Assembly (NCBI GenBank): GCA_963667845.2
Contig: CAXXVL010000001.1
Span: 32,001 to 96,000, forward strand
Reading direction: 5' to 3'
From: Smithellaceae bacterium
GTDB lineage: Bacteria > Desulfobacterota > Syntrophia > Syntrophales > Smithellaceae
DNA length: 64,000 nucleotides
Of this stretch, positions 18,542 to 28,491 are shown in pieces. Both the position numbers and the translations under genes were made by a program. The stretch's first letter is position 1. The number at the start of each line of letters is the position of its first letter. Under the pieces are notes generated by a model. That model searched no databases, had not been told where the DNA came from, and was given only the letters and a program-made list of their open reading frames with translations.

Positions 18542-21058
18542 TTATTGTTGATGCTCAATGACACTCCGCAGATGACCGGTCAGCGCCTCGACTGAGAGAA
18601 AATCCTGCGGATCGATCGGGCTGCCGACGATCAGTTCCAGCCTTTTTCCGCCCGTAAACCGGGGAAGAAGTTTTCCCCGAGGCATGATATCAAAAGAACC
18701 CCGCAGCGTGATGGGGATAATTTTCTTGTTCAGATGCAGGGCCAGATAGGCTGCACCGGATTTGAACTTTCCCAGTGAACCATCGCGCGTCCGCGTTCCC
18801 TCGGGGAAAATAATCAGCGACTGACCGCTCCGGAGAATGTCGGCGGCCGCCTTGAGCGCGGGGACGACATTGCCTGTTCGGTCCACAAAGAGCACCGGCA
18901 CACCGATAAATAGATAGCTCAGAAAGGAAACTTCTTTTTTCCCGATGAGGAAGACTTCGCAGCGTCGTGCCGGGGGAACCAGATTGAGCATTATGGGCGT
19001 ATCCAGGAGCGACTGGTGATTGGCGACGAGGATGACATTGTCGAGCGTCAGTCGCTCGCGGTGCACGATCCTGATTCGCCAGAAGAGCGTGAAAAGTGCG
19101 CGGAAGATCAGGAGGACGAGTTCATTTACCGGATTGAAGCAAGATGTTTTTTTGGTCGAAATCGGACTGCGGAGGATCAGATCGTCGAGATTCGCGCCGG
19201 CGCGTTCCTCGCAGCCCGCCAGATAGCGGACGAACTCCTCCATCGTCATGAGCGGATCGACCTTGTCCATATCGACGGAGATATTGAGACTCTCTTCGAG
19301 ATAAACAATCAGTTCGACAAACCCCAGGGAATCGATCTGGCGATCCGCGAGCGTCTCGTTGGCATAGAGGACCTTCGCACGAAATTTTGCCGTGAGCACG
19401 GCGATGATTTCTTCCTCGCGCACGCTGGTCGCCGCCAGAATATTGCGGGGGACGGCGGCACCCGCGGCATCCGTTTGGTAGACGCCCTGGTCCAGAAGCC
19501 TGATGACCTCATCGATCAGGACTTTGCGCGTCGAGTTCCGCGGCAGCGGGTCTGCCGATATCGCAAAACGACTGACCGTCTTATAAGTGGGCAGGTCCTT
19601 ATTCAAAGCCGCAAGTTCTTCCCGGATGCGCCCGTAGCTTGCCGCCCCTTTGGTTGCCGGGACAATCACCGCATAAACGGATTCGCGTCCCGCAATTTTC
19701 CGGCCGAAAACGGCGATTTCGCTGACCAGCTGCGATTTCCGGAAATAGAGTTCCAGCTCTTCCGGATAGACGTTTTTCCCCGAATCCAGCACGATGACAT
19801 TTTTCTCGCGGCCCGTGATATGGATATGCCCCCGCGGGTCCACGTAACCAAGGTCCCGGGTGTTAAAAAAACGCTCTCCGTCGAATGCCTGCCGGTTGGC
19901 CTCGTCATTTAAATAGTAGCCGGGCATCACGGCATCTCCCCGAAGCCAGATCTCCCCGATGCCGTCGGCGTTGACGTTCTTGATTTTCACATCATTGCCG
20001 TCGATGGGCGGGCCGACGGCGGAGGCGACGGCATCTTTGAAATAGGGAATGGCGATGGGTCCGGTCGTTTCGGTCAGCCCGTAGCCTTCCATGATATAGA
20101 AGCCCATGGTCCGGTAGCTGTTGAAGTACTCTTTTTTGAGCGGTGCGCCGCCGCTGATGAAGAACCGCATCCTGTGGCCGAAAACGTCATGCACCGGACG
20201 AAATATTTTTTGCAGCACGAAGCCCAGACCCAGGACCCGGAAAGCAGGTGCAGCCGCGAGGAAAAACATGAAGAGACGATACTTGGCTCCGGACTGCGCC
20301 CGGAGTTTGGTAATGAGCGCGTCGAAGAACAGCTCCCACATCTGAGGCGCTGCCGGAAAAATCGTGATGGGATGATCCGCCAGAGCTTTGATGATGTCGG
20401 GACCTTTCAGGGAATTCTGGAAAACGATGGAACTGCCGGTGACGAGCGGCGCCATGAACGTCGATTCGAATGCGTAGACATGATAGAGCGGCAGCATGGC
20501 CAGCGTCACATCTTCGGGCGTATATTCTTCCAGTTTGGTGCACGTCAACGCGACCGAAAGAATGTTGCGGTGGCTGAGCGCGACGATTTTCGGATGGCCC
20601 GTGGTGCCCGACGTGAAAAGCAGTGTGGCGATATCGTCGAGCGTGACCGTTTCCGATTTCAATATGCCGTCCGGGACGGCCGGTAACACGTCGTCAATGT
20701 CGAAAACGGCGATGTCCTGAAAGACAGAGCGAAAATGACTGGAAACAAAAGCCGCCCGGGCGCCGGCGGCAACCGCCATCTCGCGGTATTGTGCGGGCGG
20801 GAGGTTGGTATCCAGCGGAAGCGCAACAGCTCCGATCGCCGTAACGGCCATGAATGTACAGCACCATTCGGGGGAATTGACCGCCAGAAGGATGATCACG
20901 TCGCCTTTGGCAAAGCCCCGGTCCTGAAGCAGCGATGCCGCAGCCTTTGCTTTCTCCCAGGTTTCGTGAAACGTGATATGCTGATTAACAAACAGAATAC
21001 GGTCCGCATGGCGCAAGGCGAGCGTCTCATAAGCTGTCAGAAGATTTTCAAATTCCAT
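18542..21058 (-). CDS. Acyl-CoA synthetase - ACP - PlsC acyltransferase multidomain protein
   Basis: FTSGTTGHPK and EGYGLTE (adenylation); IDSLGFVEL (carrier Ser); NHQSLLD and FPEGTR (acyltransferase). Start may be 21088. Confidence 0.9.
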   Translation of the reverse strand: MEFENLLTAYETLALRHADRILFVNQHITFHETWEKAKAAASLLQDRGFAKGDVIILLAVNSPEWCCTFMAVTAIGAVALPLDTNLPPAQYREMAVAAGARAAFVSSHFRSVFQDIAVFDIDDVLPAVPDGILKSETVTLDDIATLLFTSGTTGHPKIVALSHRNILSVALTCTKLEEYTPEDVTLAMLPLYHVYAFESTFMAPLVTGSSIVFQNSLKGPDIIKALADHPITIFPAAPQMWELFFDALITKLRAQSGAKYRLFMFFLAAAPAFRVLGLGFVLQKIFRPVHDVFGHRMRFFISGGAPLKKEYFNSYRTMGFYIMEGYGLTETTGPIAIPYFKDAVASAVGPPIDGNDVKIKNVNADGIGEIWLRGDAVMPGYYLNDEANRQAFDGERFFNTRDLGYVDPRGHIHITGREKNVIVLDSGKNVYPEELELYFRKSQLVSEIAVFGRKIAGRESVYAVIVPATKGAASYGRIREELAALNKDLPTYKTVSRFAISADPLPRNSTRKVLIDEVIRLLDQGVYQTDAAGAAVPRNILAATSVREEEIIAVLTAKFRAKVLYANETLADRQIDSLGFVELIVYLEESLNISVDMDKVDPLMTMEEFVRYLAGCEERAGANLDDLILRSPISTKKTSCFNPVNELVLLIFRALFTLFWRIRIVHRERLTLDNVILVANHQSLLDTPIMLNLVPPARRCEVFLIGKKEVSFLSYLFIGVPVLFVDRTGNVVPALKAAADILRSGQSLIIFPEGTRTRDGSLGKFKSGAAYLALHLNKKIIPITLRGSFDIMPRGKLLPRFTGGKRLELIVGSPIDPQDFLSVEALTGHLRSVIEHQQ

Positions 21059-21289
21059 GGAACTTCCCTGTATGTTGAGGATTGACATTACGGTTTATGA
21101 AAAGCGCTGCAGCAAAGCGGGATGCCCCGATGCGCAATCCTGAGCCGCCTGCGGCCGGGTCTGAAATCAGTTTTATCCGGCTCGCTGTGACCCTTCCTGC
21201 GGCATCAGACACACCGTCGCAGGTTGCCGACCGGACAAACCGGTTCCTCAGTGTCCTGTTTGTGAAGCAGGCGGTCTCAAAAAGAAGAC

Positions 21290-24200
21290 TCATGGACTGA
21301 CCTTTGTTCGGGAGATGAGCAAACTGGCTTTTGCAGCCATATCCCCAAGGCTGAACGGTTTCTGGATAAACTGCATGCCTTCTTCCAGGATTCCGTGCCG
21401 GGCGATGATATTGGAAGGATAGCCCGACATGAAGAGAACTTTCAGGTCCGGACGGGTCGCCAGAAGTCTGTCGCGCAGTTCTCTGCCGCTCATGAAGGGC
21501 ATCACCACATCGGTGATGACCAGGTCCAGGGGCATTTTTTCTTTCTCACACTGCGCGAGCGCCTCCAGAGGGTTTCCCGATGCTATCACCCGGTAGCCCA
21601 GGGTCGTGAGCATGCCGGTGACCAATTTGAGAACCATTGGATTATCCTCGACCAGCAGAATGTTTCCGGACCCGGGCGTTGCGGCCGGTTTGGGAGGCAC
21701 GTCCATGATGAGGTCTGCGTCGGCGCTGCTGGGAAGGTAAATTTTAAATGTGCTTCCCCGGTCCGGTTCGCTGTATACATTAATGCTGCCGTTGTTCTGC
21801 CTGACGATGCCGTAAACGGTGGCGAGCCCCAGCCCCGTGCCTTTGCCGATATCCTTGGTCGTGAAAAACGGTTCAAAGATATAGGGGAGGTGAGCCTTTG
21901 CAATGCCGGAGCCCGTGTCGCTCACCGTCAGGAGCACATAGGGGCCCGGGGGCAGTTCCAGATGGGACGCGTAATAGCCTTCATCGATGACGACATTGGC
22001 GGTTTCAAGGATGAGGTTGCCGCCGTCAGGCATTGCGTCTCGTGCATTAACCGCCAGGTTGATCAGGATTTGCTCGGCTTGCACCGGATCGAATTTAATG
22101 GTCCAAAGATTGTTGCCGGGGTAAAATGTAAGGTTAATGTTTTCGGTCATGAGGCGAAGAATGGTGCTTTCGGTTGCCGCGATAAGATTGTTCAGATCGA
22201 CCGGCTGCGGCTTGATGATCTGCTTACGGGAAAAAGCAAGAAGCTGCTGTGTCAGATCCCGGGAGCGGCAGGCGGCTTTTTCGATTTCCAGAACGTCTTC
22301 AGCGATGCAATGATCGGCAGGCAGCTTGAGTTTGATCAAGTCCAAGTATCCCAGAATGACATTCAGCATATTATTGAAATCATGCGCCACGCCGCCGGCC
22401 AGCCGGCCTACCGTTTCCATCTTCTGAGACTGGATGAGTTGTTTTTCCAGCGTCTCTTTTTCCACTTCGGCTCTCTTGCGTTCAGAAATATTTCTGCCCG
22501 CCATCAGAAGGCCCGTCGGCTTTCCGGATTCGTCCCGGGTGAAGTTCGCGGTCATTTCCAGCCAGATGATCGAGCCGTCTTTGCGGTAAAATTCCATTTC
22601 GATGGTCCGGGAGCGGTTGGGATCGACCGGTTCGCCGCTGGATTCTTTTTCCAGCTCTTCAGTCAGCATGGCGACTCCGCGGGTGTAGGATTCCGGGGTA
22701 ACCTGCTGCTCGGCAGGAATCTTCATGATTTCTTCGGGCGTATACCCCGTAACGCGTATTTCTGAAGGGCTCTGATAGAGGTAATTCAGATTGAGATCCA
22801 GTACGGTGATCGTCTCGTTCATGTTCTCCACGATCATCCGGTAGCGTTTTTCGCTTTCTTCCAGGGCCAGTTCGGCTTTCTTCCGCGCGGTGATGTCCCG
22901 GGCGGTCGCGATAATCTCACGGGGAACGCCGTGATCGTCCCGCCCGAATGTTGCGTTAATTTCCAGCCACGCCATACTGCCGTTCTTGTGGTTGACTTCG
23001 ATTTCGATCGTCACGGGTTGCCACGCCCCTGTAGGGGGAGGCGCCATACGGTGCGTCATGGCCTCGGTTAATTCACGCGAGATCACCTCGATCGACTGCG
23101 GCGGCAGCAATTTGTCCAACGGGATTTTCATGATTTCTTCCGGTGTGTAACCCGTCAGGCGCGCCCGGTGGTTGCTGGCGAAGATAAACCGGAAATTGAA
23201 ATCGACCACGAACACCACATCGTGGACATTTTCGACGATTATCCGGTAGAGCTTATCGGTTGATCGGAAGGCGTCTTCGGCTTTCTTGCGGTCGGTGATG
23301 TCCCGCGCGACACCCAGGACTTCAAACGGAACACCCTGCTCATCGCAGTTAAAGTCAGGTTGAACCTCCATCCAGCGTCTTTCACCGTCTTTGCGGATGA
23401 TTTCCAGCTCCAGGAGCCTGTGGTCGCCGGTCACCCGGTTATGGCCCGCGGACAGCCGTTCCAACTCTTCAGCGTACGCTCGCTCAACGAGTATCCGGGA
23501 ATCGTCCGTCAGATAATCGGCAAAGGACAGGTGCATGAGCTCTTCGGGGGTGTACCCGACCATGGCCGTCACCGACGGGCTGACGTAAGTATAGTGCGTG
23601 TTGAAATCCATCGTCCAGAGGACATCTCGGATATTTTCGGTAATCAGGCGCAAATGGCGCTCGGCTTGTTTGCGCTGGCTGATGTCGCGGACGACACCGC
23701 GGAAGCCCTTCGGTTGACCGTTTTCATCGCGCAGGAGCGCGATGGAAGATTCAACATCCAGCGCTCCGCCGTTCCTTTTGTTGATTTTCCAATCAAAGCC
23801 CTGGACCGTTTCACCGGTAAGGTACACGGTATGGAATATTTTAAAGATTTTATCGGCGTTGTGTTCATCAACCAACTTCCGGAAATTCATCCGGCTGATT
23901 TCTTCCGGCGTATAATTCAGAAGACGGACCCCGGCATCATTGAAGAACAGTAGATTGCCCTGCAGGTCAACTTCGAAATAGGATTCTTCGATGCTGTCGA
24001 GAATATTCCGATAGCGCTCTTCGCTTAGCCGCAGTTCCTGCTCCGCTTTCTTTTTCTTGGTGATATCGCGGACGACGCCGTGAAATCCGGCAGGCCGGCC
24101 GTGTTCATCGCGAAGCAGTGCGACGGAGGATTCGACATCCATTGTTTTTCCGTCTTTTGTGATGAGCTGCCATTCGAAACTTTGCACAGCCTTGCCGGTC

Positions 24201-24619
24201 CGCAGAATATCGCGGCCGATGCCGTACAGCTTTTCTTTGTTTTCTTTGTCCAAAAGCTTCCGGAAATTCATGCCGGAAATCTCTTTGCGGGTATACCCCA
24301 ATTTCTTCATCAGCCGGTCATTGAAGAAACGGATATTTCCCTGCATATCCAGCTCAAAATACGATTCCTGCATCCTTTCCAGCAGGTTTTGAAACCGAAC
24401 TTCGCCTTTGCCTGATGCGGCGTCCGATTTCTTTCCTATTGCCGGAGACGGGGAAGGTTGACTTTGCTTTTTTAGAAGTTTGTTGATGGTCCCCGCCAGA
24501 CGATCCAGTTCATCTTTCTTGGGGGAGACTTCGATTGCGACGGTGCTCTTGCCCGCCAACGCATTCCGAAGTGCGCCGGTCATCGTTTTAATGCGATTCT
24601 TTTCCGAATACGTTGCCAT
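21290..24619 (-). CDS. Multi-PAS hybrid sensor histidine kinase / response regulator
   Basis: Five PAS/PAC repeats; LAGGVAHDFNN, NARDAM, FEPFFTTK..GKGTGLGL; REC domain (LLVED, TDVVMP, KPF). Start at ATG 24619 preferred. Confidence 0.95.
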   Translation of the reverse strand: MATYSEKNRIKTMTGALRNALAGKSTVAIEVSPKKDELDRLAGTINKLLKKQSQPSPSPAIGKKSDAASGKGEVRFQNLLERMQESYFELDMQGNIRFFNDRLMKKLGYTRKEISGMNFRKLLDKENKEKLYGIGRDILRTGKAVQSFEWQLITKDGKTMDVESSVALLRDEHGRPAGFHGVVRDITKKKKAEQELRLSEERYRNILDSIEESYFEVDLQGNLLFFNDAGVRLLNYTPEEISRMNFRKLVDEHNADKIFKIFHTVYLTGETVQGFDWKINKRNGGALDVESSIALLRDENGQPKGFRGVVRDISQRKQAERHLRLITENIRDVLWTMDFNTHYTYVSPSVTAMVGYTPEELMHLSFADYLTDDSRILVERAYAEELERLSAGHNRVTGDHRLLELEIIRKDGERRWMEVQPDFNCDEQGVPFEVLGVARDITDRKKAEDAFRSTDKLYRIIVENVHDVVFVVDFNFRFIFASNHRARLTGYTPEEIMKIPLDKLLPPQSIEVISRELTEAMTHRMAPPPTGAWQPVTIEIEVNHKNGSMAWLEINATFGRDDHGVPREIIATARDITARKKAELALEESEKRYRMIVENMNETITVLDLNLNYLYQSPSEIRVTGYTPEEIMKIPAEQQVTPESYTRGVAMLTEELEKESSGEPVDPNRSRTIEMEFYRKDGSIIWLEMTANFTRDESGKPTGLLMAGRNISERKRAEVEKETLEKQLIQSQKMETVGRLAGGVAHDFNNMLNVILGYLDLIKLKLPADHCIAEDVLEIEKAACRSRDLTQQLLAFSRKQIIKPQPVDLNNLIAATESTILRLMTENINLTFYPGNNLWTIKFDPVQAEQILINLAVNARDAMPDGGNLILETANVVIDEGYYASHLELPPGPYVLLTVSDTGSGIAKAHLPYIFEPFFTTKDIGKGTGLGLATVYGIVRQNNGSINVYSEPDRGSTFKIYLPSSADADLIMDVPPKPAATPGSGNILLVEDNPMVLKLVTGMLTTLGYRVIASGNPLEALAQCEKEKMPLDLVITDVVMPFMSGRELRDRLLATRPDLKVLFMSGYPSNIIARHGILEEGMQFIQKPFSLGDMAAKASLLISRTKVSP

Positions 24620-24820
24620 AATGTTTCGTCGCCGCTTAGGAAAATGTTTTGCGTTTCGGGGGCAACCGTTGTGCCTTTGTGTGTGCCTGAATAAACTGAA
24701 TATAGTGCACTTTATATAGACGGATAGCTGTTGTGTGTCAAGTGTATTCGTTTGTGCCGGATGCATGCCATCCCGATGGATGGCCTTTCCGAACGAACAT
24801 GACTTTTTACGAATAGGCTA

Positions 24821-24849
24821 TTGACAAGATCTCCGGATATTCTTATACA
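24821..24849 (+). promoter_or_regulatory. Putative sigma70 promoter of plsC-like gene
   Basis: TTGACA-17 nt-TATACA. Confidence 0.6.
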
Positions 24850-24903
24850 CCGTTTCACCTGATAAAATCCACAGACAGGGAACAGGATAGGAAAGTAATA
24901 TTT

Positions 24904-25653
24904 ATGCTAAGCCGCTTAGTTGGTTATCTCTTTCTCGTTATTGTGAGCGTAACGTCCATTCCGCTTTTTTTAATTGCCGTCCTTCTGCGCGCGTTTTCTT
25001 ACCCCTTTGACCGCCGGCTGCGGCTTTTGCATTTGTTCACCTGTTTCTGGGCCTCGCTTTACACGTGGATGATGCCCCCCTGGCGGATACGCATCGAGGG
25101 TCGCGAGCATGTCCGGAAAAACGTAGCCTACATGGTCGTTTCCAATCACCAATCGCAACTCGACATCCTGGTCGCCTTTCGTCTCTTTTTTCACTTCAAG
25201 TGGGTATCCAAAATTGAGATGTTCCGCATACCGCTCATCGGCTGGAACATGAGCCTCAACCGTTACGTCAGATTGAAACGGGGCGACAAGGAGAGTGTTG
25301 AGCAGATGCTCTCCGAATGTGAAACCCATCTTGACGAGGGAAGCTCGATCTTCATGTTTCCGGAAGGCACCCGGTCTCCCGACGGCGAGGTAAAAGCTTT
25401 CAAACTCGGCGCCTTTCAGCTCGCTCAGAGGAAGAAGGTACCCATTCTTCCCATCGTGATCAGCGGCACCAATAAGGCCTTGCCCAAATACAGTTTGAAT
25501 TTTACCGGGTCGCAGAAAATCTATATCAGGATATTTGAGGAAATCCCGTATTCGGCGTTTGCAACGTTGTCGGCGGAAGAGACGGCGCAGATGGTGCGGC
25601 AGTTTATTATCGGGAAGCTGAGGATAATGAACGAATACACCCTGGGTGGGTAA
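24904..25653 (+). CDS. 1-acyl-sn-glycerol-3-phosphate acyltransferase (PlsC family)
   Basis: SNHQSQLD, FPEGTRS, FK.GAF, ILPI. Confidence 0.92.
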   Translation: MLSRLVGYLFLVIVSVTSIPLFLIAVLLRAFSYPFDRRLRLLHLFTCFWASLYTWMMPPWRIRIEGREHVRKNVAYMVVSNHQSQLDILVAFRLFFHFKWVSKIEMFRIPLIGWNMSLNRYVRLKRGDKESVEQMLSECETHLDEGSSIFMFPEGTRSPDGEVKAFKLGAFQLAQRKKVPILPIVISGTNKALPKYSLNFTGSQKIYIRIFEEIPYSAFATLSAEETAQMVRQFIIGKLRIMNEYTLGG

Positions 25654-25837
25654 GGGCTGTTGACGGGGGGCGCGTTTCCGTTAGGAAGGCGCTGCACGCA
25701 GCTGCGGCGTTATACTGCGAACCGTGCCGATCAACGTATATTCATACGCGTAACCTTCAGGTTATACGCTCGCGGCCCGCTTCTTGTGCGCCTTGCCTCT
25801 AAGCATTCGCGCGCCCGTCAGGGTATTTGAACAGCCC
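25654..25837. mobile_element. MITE-like / palindromic intergenic element (~184 bp)
   Basis: Terminal inverted repeats GGGCTGTT...AACAGCCC, inner arms TGACGGG..CGCG / CGCGCCCGTCA, further internal complementarity; non-coding. Confidence 0.55.
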
Positions 25838-25867
25838 CCAAACATGTGGTTCTAAATCAGTCGGGAT

Positions 25868-26986
25868 TTAAGTTTTGAGCAGCGCGGCGCCGATCTTTTC
25901 CTGGCGGATCTGCATCAATCTTTTTTTCAGCGTCAAAATCGATTCCAGATCCCGAAGCACATAAACGTATTTGTCCGGAAGCGAGATGCTTCGGGTGTCG
26001 ATGATTTTTCTGATGCCGGCCTGAAATTCAGCGGCCAGGCGGGCAAAGGTTATCATCAGCGGACTTGGGGAGTCATAGCCCCGATCGAGCCTGCCGGCTG
26101 ATTCGGAGGCAATGATGCGCAAGGTCTGCAGCAAAGCGCTGGCGGCTCCCAGCTCGCTTGACAAGGCTGCATCAGGTTCGGGGCTCCTCTCCCTGAGGAC
26201 GGCGGTGAGCCCGGTTAATACGGCAGACATACCGCCCAGAGCCGGACCCGCCATGACAATGTCCTCAATTTCTCCAAAGGGCACAACGAGGTCTCTCCAG
26301 GCGTTTCCTTCCTTTCCCAGAACCGCTTCTTGCCCCACCCGACAATTCGTAAGTTTGATGCCGCCGTGCGGGGAGGGTTTCAGGAAATGCATGGGCAACG
26401 GCTCGGCAACGGTGACCCCTTCGGCCGTCCGCGGCACCATAAAGGCCGTAAAACGCTTTAGCGGCGGTTGATGATCGGTTACGGCGACGACAATAAACAC
26501 TCCGGCAATGGGTCCGTTGGTCAGATAGGTTTTCTCACCGGTTAACGCATAACCGTTATCCCGCCTACGGGCTTCGGTCGTCAATAATTTGGGTCGCGCA
26601 CCGTGTCCCGGTTCGGAAACGGCAAAAGACAGGGTGACCTTTCCCGTTGCCGCCGCCGGTAAATAGTGCTCACGCTGTTCGTGCGTGCCGAAGACACCAA
26701 TTACATAGTGGGCAATGATCTGCTGGTAGAGCCAGGAAACGGCCAGTCCCAGGTTATATCCGCTCTGGACAAAGGCCTCTCCCGCTTTTAAGAGGTCGGC
26801 ATACCCGCCTTCCGTCCCGCCATAAATTCCGGCAATGCCGATTCTGAATAAGCCGGCCTCGCCCATTTTCCGCCACAGGTCCAGGGGAAATTCTTCTCCC
26901 GTCTGCAAATCCGCCCTGCAGGCAATATGCCCGGCGGCAAAAGCCGCGGCCTGTTCCAGCGGGTTGATCTTTATTTTCTGTTTCAT
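25868..26986 (-). CDS. Acyl-CoA dehydrogenase family protein (divergent C-terminus)
   Basis: FP..LW..MGEAG, FGT.EQ...YLP, FAVSEPG.G, LTGEKTYLTNG. Confidence 0.85.
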   Translation of the reverse strand: MKQKIKINPLEQAAAFAAGHIACRADLQTGEEFPLDLWRKMGEAGLFRIGIAGIYGGTEGGYADLLKAGEAFVQSGYNLGLAVSWLYQQIIAHYVIGVFGTHEQREHYLPAAATGKVTLSFAVSEPGHGARPKLLTTEARRRDNGYALTGEKTYLTNGPIAGVFIVVAVTDHQPPLKRFTAFMVPRTAEGVTVAEPLPMHFLKPSPHGGIKLTNCRVGQEAVLGKEGNAWRDLVVPFGEIEDIVMAGPALGGMSAVLTGLTAVLRERSPEPDAALSSELGAASALLQTLRIIASESAGRLDRGYDSPSPLMITFARLAAEFQAGIRKIIDTRSISLPDKYVYVLRDLESILTLKKRLMQIRQEKIGAALLKT

Positions 26987-27073
26987 TGATTTTTCCTTAG
27001 TGCCGTGCCACCCGTCAGGGTGGTGACCTCCCGTCGCGCCGCCGTGCAGCGCGGTGACTTTAAGCGGCCCCGG

Positions 27074-28459
27074 CTATAGAACCAGTTCCTCGATGAAGGC
27101 CATGAGTTGGTTGACGTTCCGGCAGGGGCGGATTTCATGGCAGTGATGTGTGTAGGCCCTGATCTCGCTGTCTCCTGTGCCCCAGAGATTTTCCGGCTCG
27201 GGGTTGAGCCAGATGACCCGGCGGCAGCGGTCCCGCATCTGGCTTAAAATCATATCTTCGGGATTCAGATAATTGGAGCGGCCGTCGCCGACGATGATGA
27301 GCGTTGTCTTCTTCGTCAAGAGTTCCATGTGGTTTCTTTTGAAGTTGCGGAAGGTTTCTCCGTAATCCGTCGGCGCCTGATATTGAACATTTGCCTCCTG
27401 CATGACGATACGGATCGCTTCGTTGATATCGTTGACGTCGAAGATTTGTGTGACGTCGGTTAACTGATCGATGAAGACAAAGCTGTTGACCTTGTCAAAG
27501 CAGTCCTGAAGGGAGTAAAGCAGGTTCAGCATGAAGCGGGCCGCCGCCCAGACGGAGCCGGACACGTCGCACAGCGTCACGATCCTGCTTTTGCGCATGG
27601 TTTTCCGCCGGTACTTGATATCCAGCGGCACCCCGTTGTATTTCGCCGACGCCCGGAGCGTTTTCTTGACGTCGAGATTGCCCCGGTCGCGCACGGCGAA
27701 GCGGCGGCTGACGATGTTCTTTAACTTGCGCACCAGTTTATCAATCGCGTCGCGCATTTCTTCTATTTCTCCGGGGGTGAAGGACGAGAAATTTTTCTCG
27801 CCCAGATCCTTCAGCTTCTGTTCATACGTTTTGACTTTTTTGGTGCCGGCGTCGCCCGGCCGGGGTTCATACATCAGAATGGAACGCGCGGCCTGCAGTC
27901 GTTCGTCGAAATGTACGGCAAGATCACGGCGGGCCCGTGCATCCATTTTTAATCCGTCGCTTTCCATAAGCGCCGAGGCGGCGGCTGCCGCGGCGGTAAT
28001 CTGCATGAGGACATTGAAACGGCTGGCCAGCGGCCCGAAATTAAAGCGGGCAAGCGATGACGGATCATCCGATTCCGTGTGGATCCGGCGCATCTCGGCA
28101 AGAAGAGGCACAGCGTTGCCCGCCAGGAAGTCCACAACGGCGTCAAAGACCGGGTTGTCGTGAGGGGTTTCCCTAAGCAGCGTTGTCGCCTTCCGGATCT
28201 CATCCATCTGGCTTGCCGCGCGCTGCATATCGCCGGCGTCAACGCGCATCTCGTGAAAAAAGAGATGGTAGAGGCGGTTGAAGTGCTGCAGGTCTCTCAG
28301 GCTCTTGGCAAAGTTGGCGGCGAGGAGCGCCCGGAACTGCACTTCATCGGTCGGGTTGATCAATTTGAGCTGGTTGAGGCCGTCGAGGACTTCGGATGTG
28401 GAGATGCGCAGCCCCGCGGCCCGGCAGCAGGAAACGAACTGTTGAATCAGCTTGACCAT
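27074..28459 (-). CDS. CoxE-like VWA domain protein
   Basis: R..GLRIS..E, LDVKKTLR, MIDAS motif CDVSGS, TDYG, GDGRSN, WLNPE. Confidence 0.92.
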   Translation of the reverse strand: MVKLIQQFVSCCRAAGLRISTSEVLDGLNQLKLINPTDEVQFRALLAANFAKSLRDLQHFNRLYHLFFHEMRVDAGDMQRAASQMDEIRKATTLLRETPHDNPVFDAVVDFLAGNAVPLLAEMRRIHTESDDPSSLARFNFGPLASRFNVLMQITAAAAAASALMESDGLKMDARARRDLAVHFDERLQAARSILMYEPRPGDAGTKKVKTYEQKLKDLGEKNFSSFTPGEIEEMRDAIDKLVRKLKNIVSRRFAVRDRGNLDVKKTLRASAKYNGVPLDIKYRRKTMRKSRIVTLCDVSGSVWAAARFMLNLLYSLQDCFDKVNSFVFIDQLTDVTQIFDVNDINEAIRIVMQEANVQYQAPTDYGETFRNFKRNHMELLTKKTTLIIVGDGRSNYLNPEDMILSQMRDRCRRVIWLNPEPENLWGTGDSEIRAYTHHCHEIRPCRNVNQLMAFIEELVL

Positions 28460-28491
28460 AGATCACCGGAAAACGGGTTTCAGGGGAAGGA

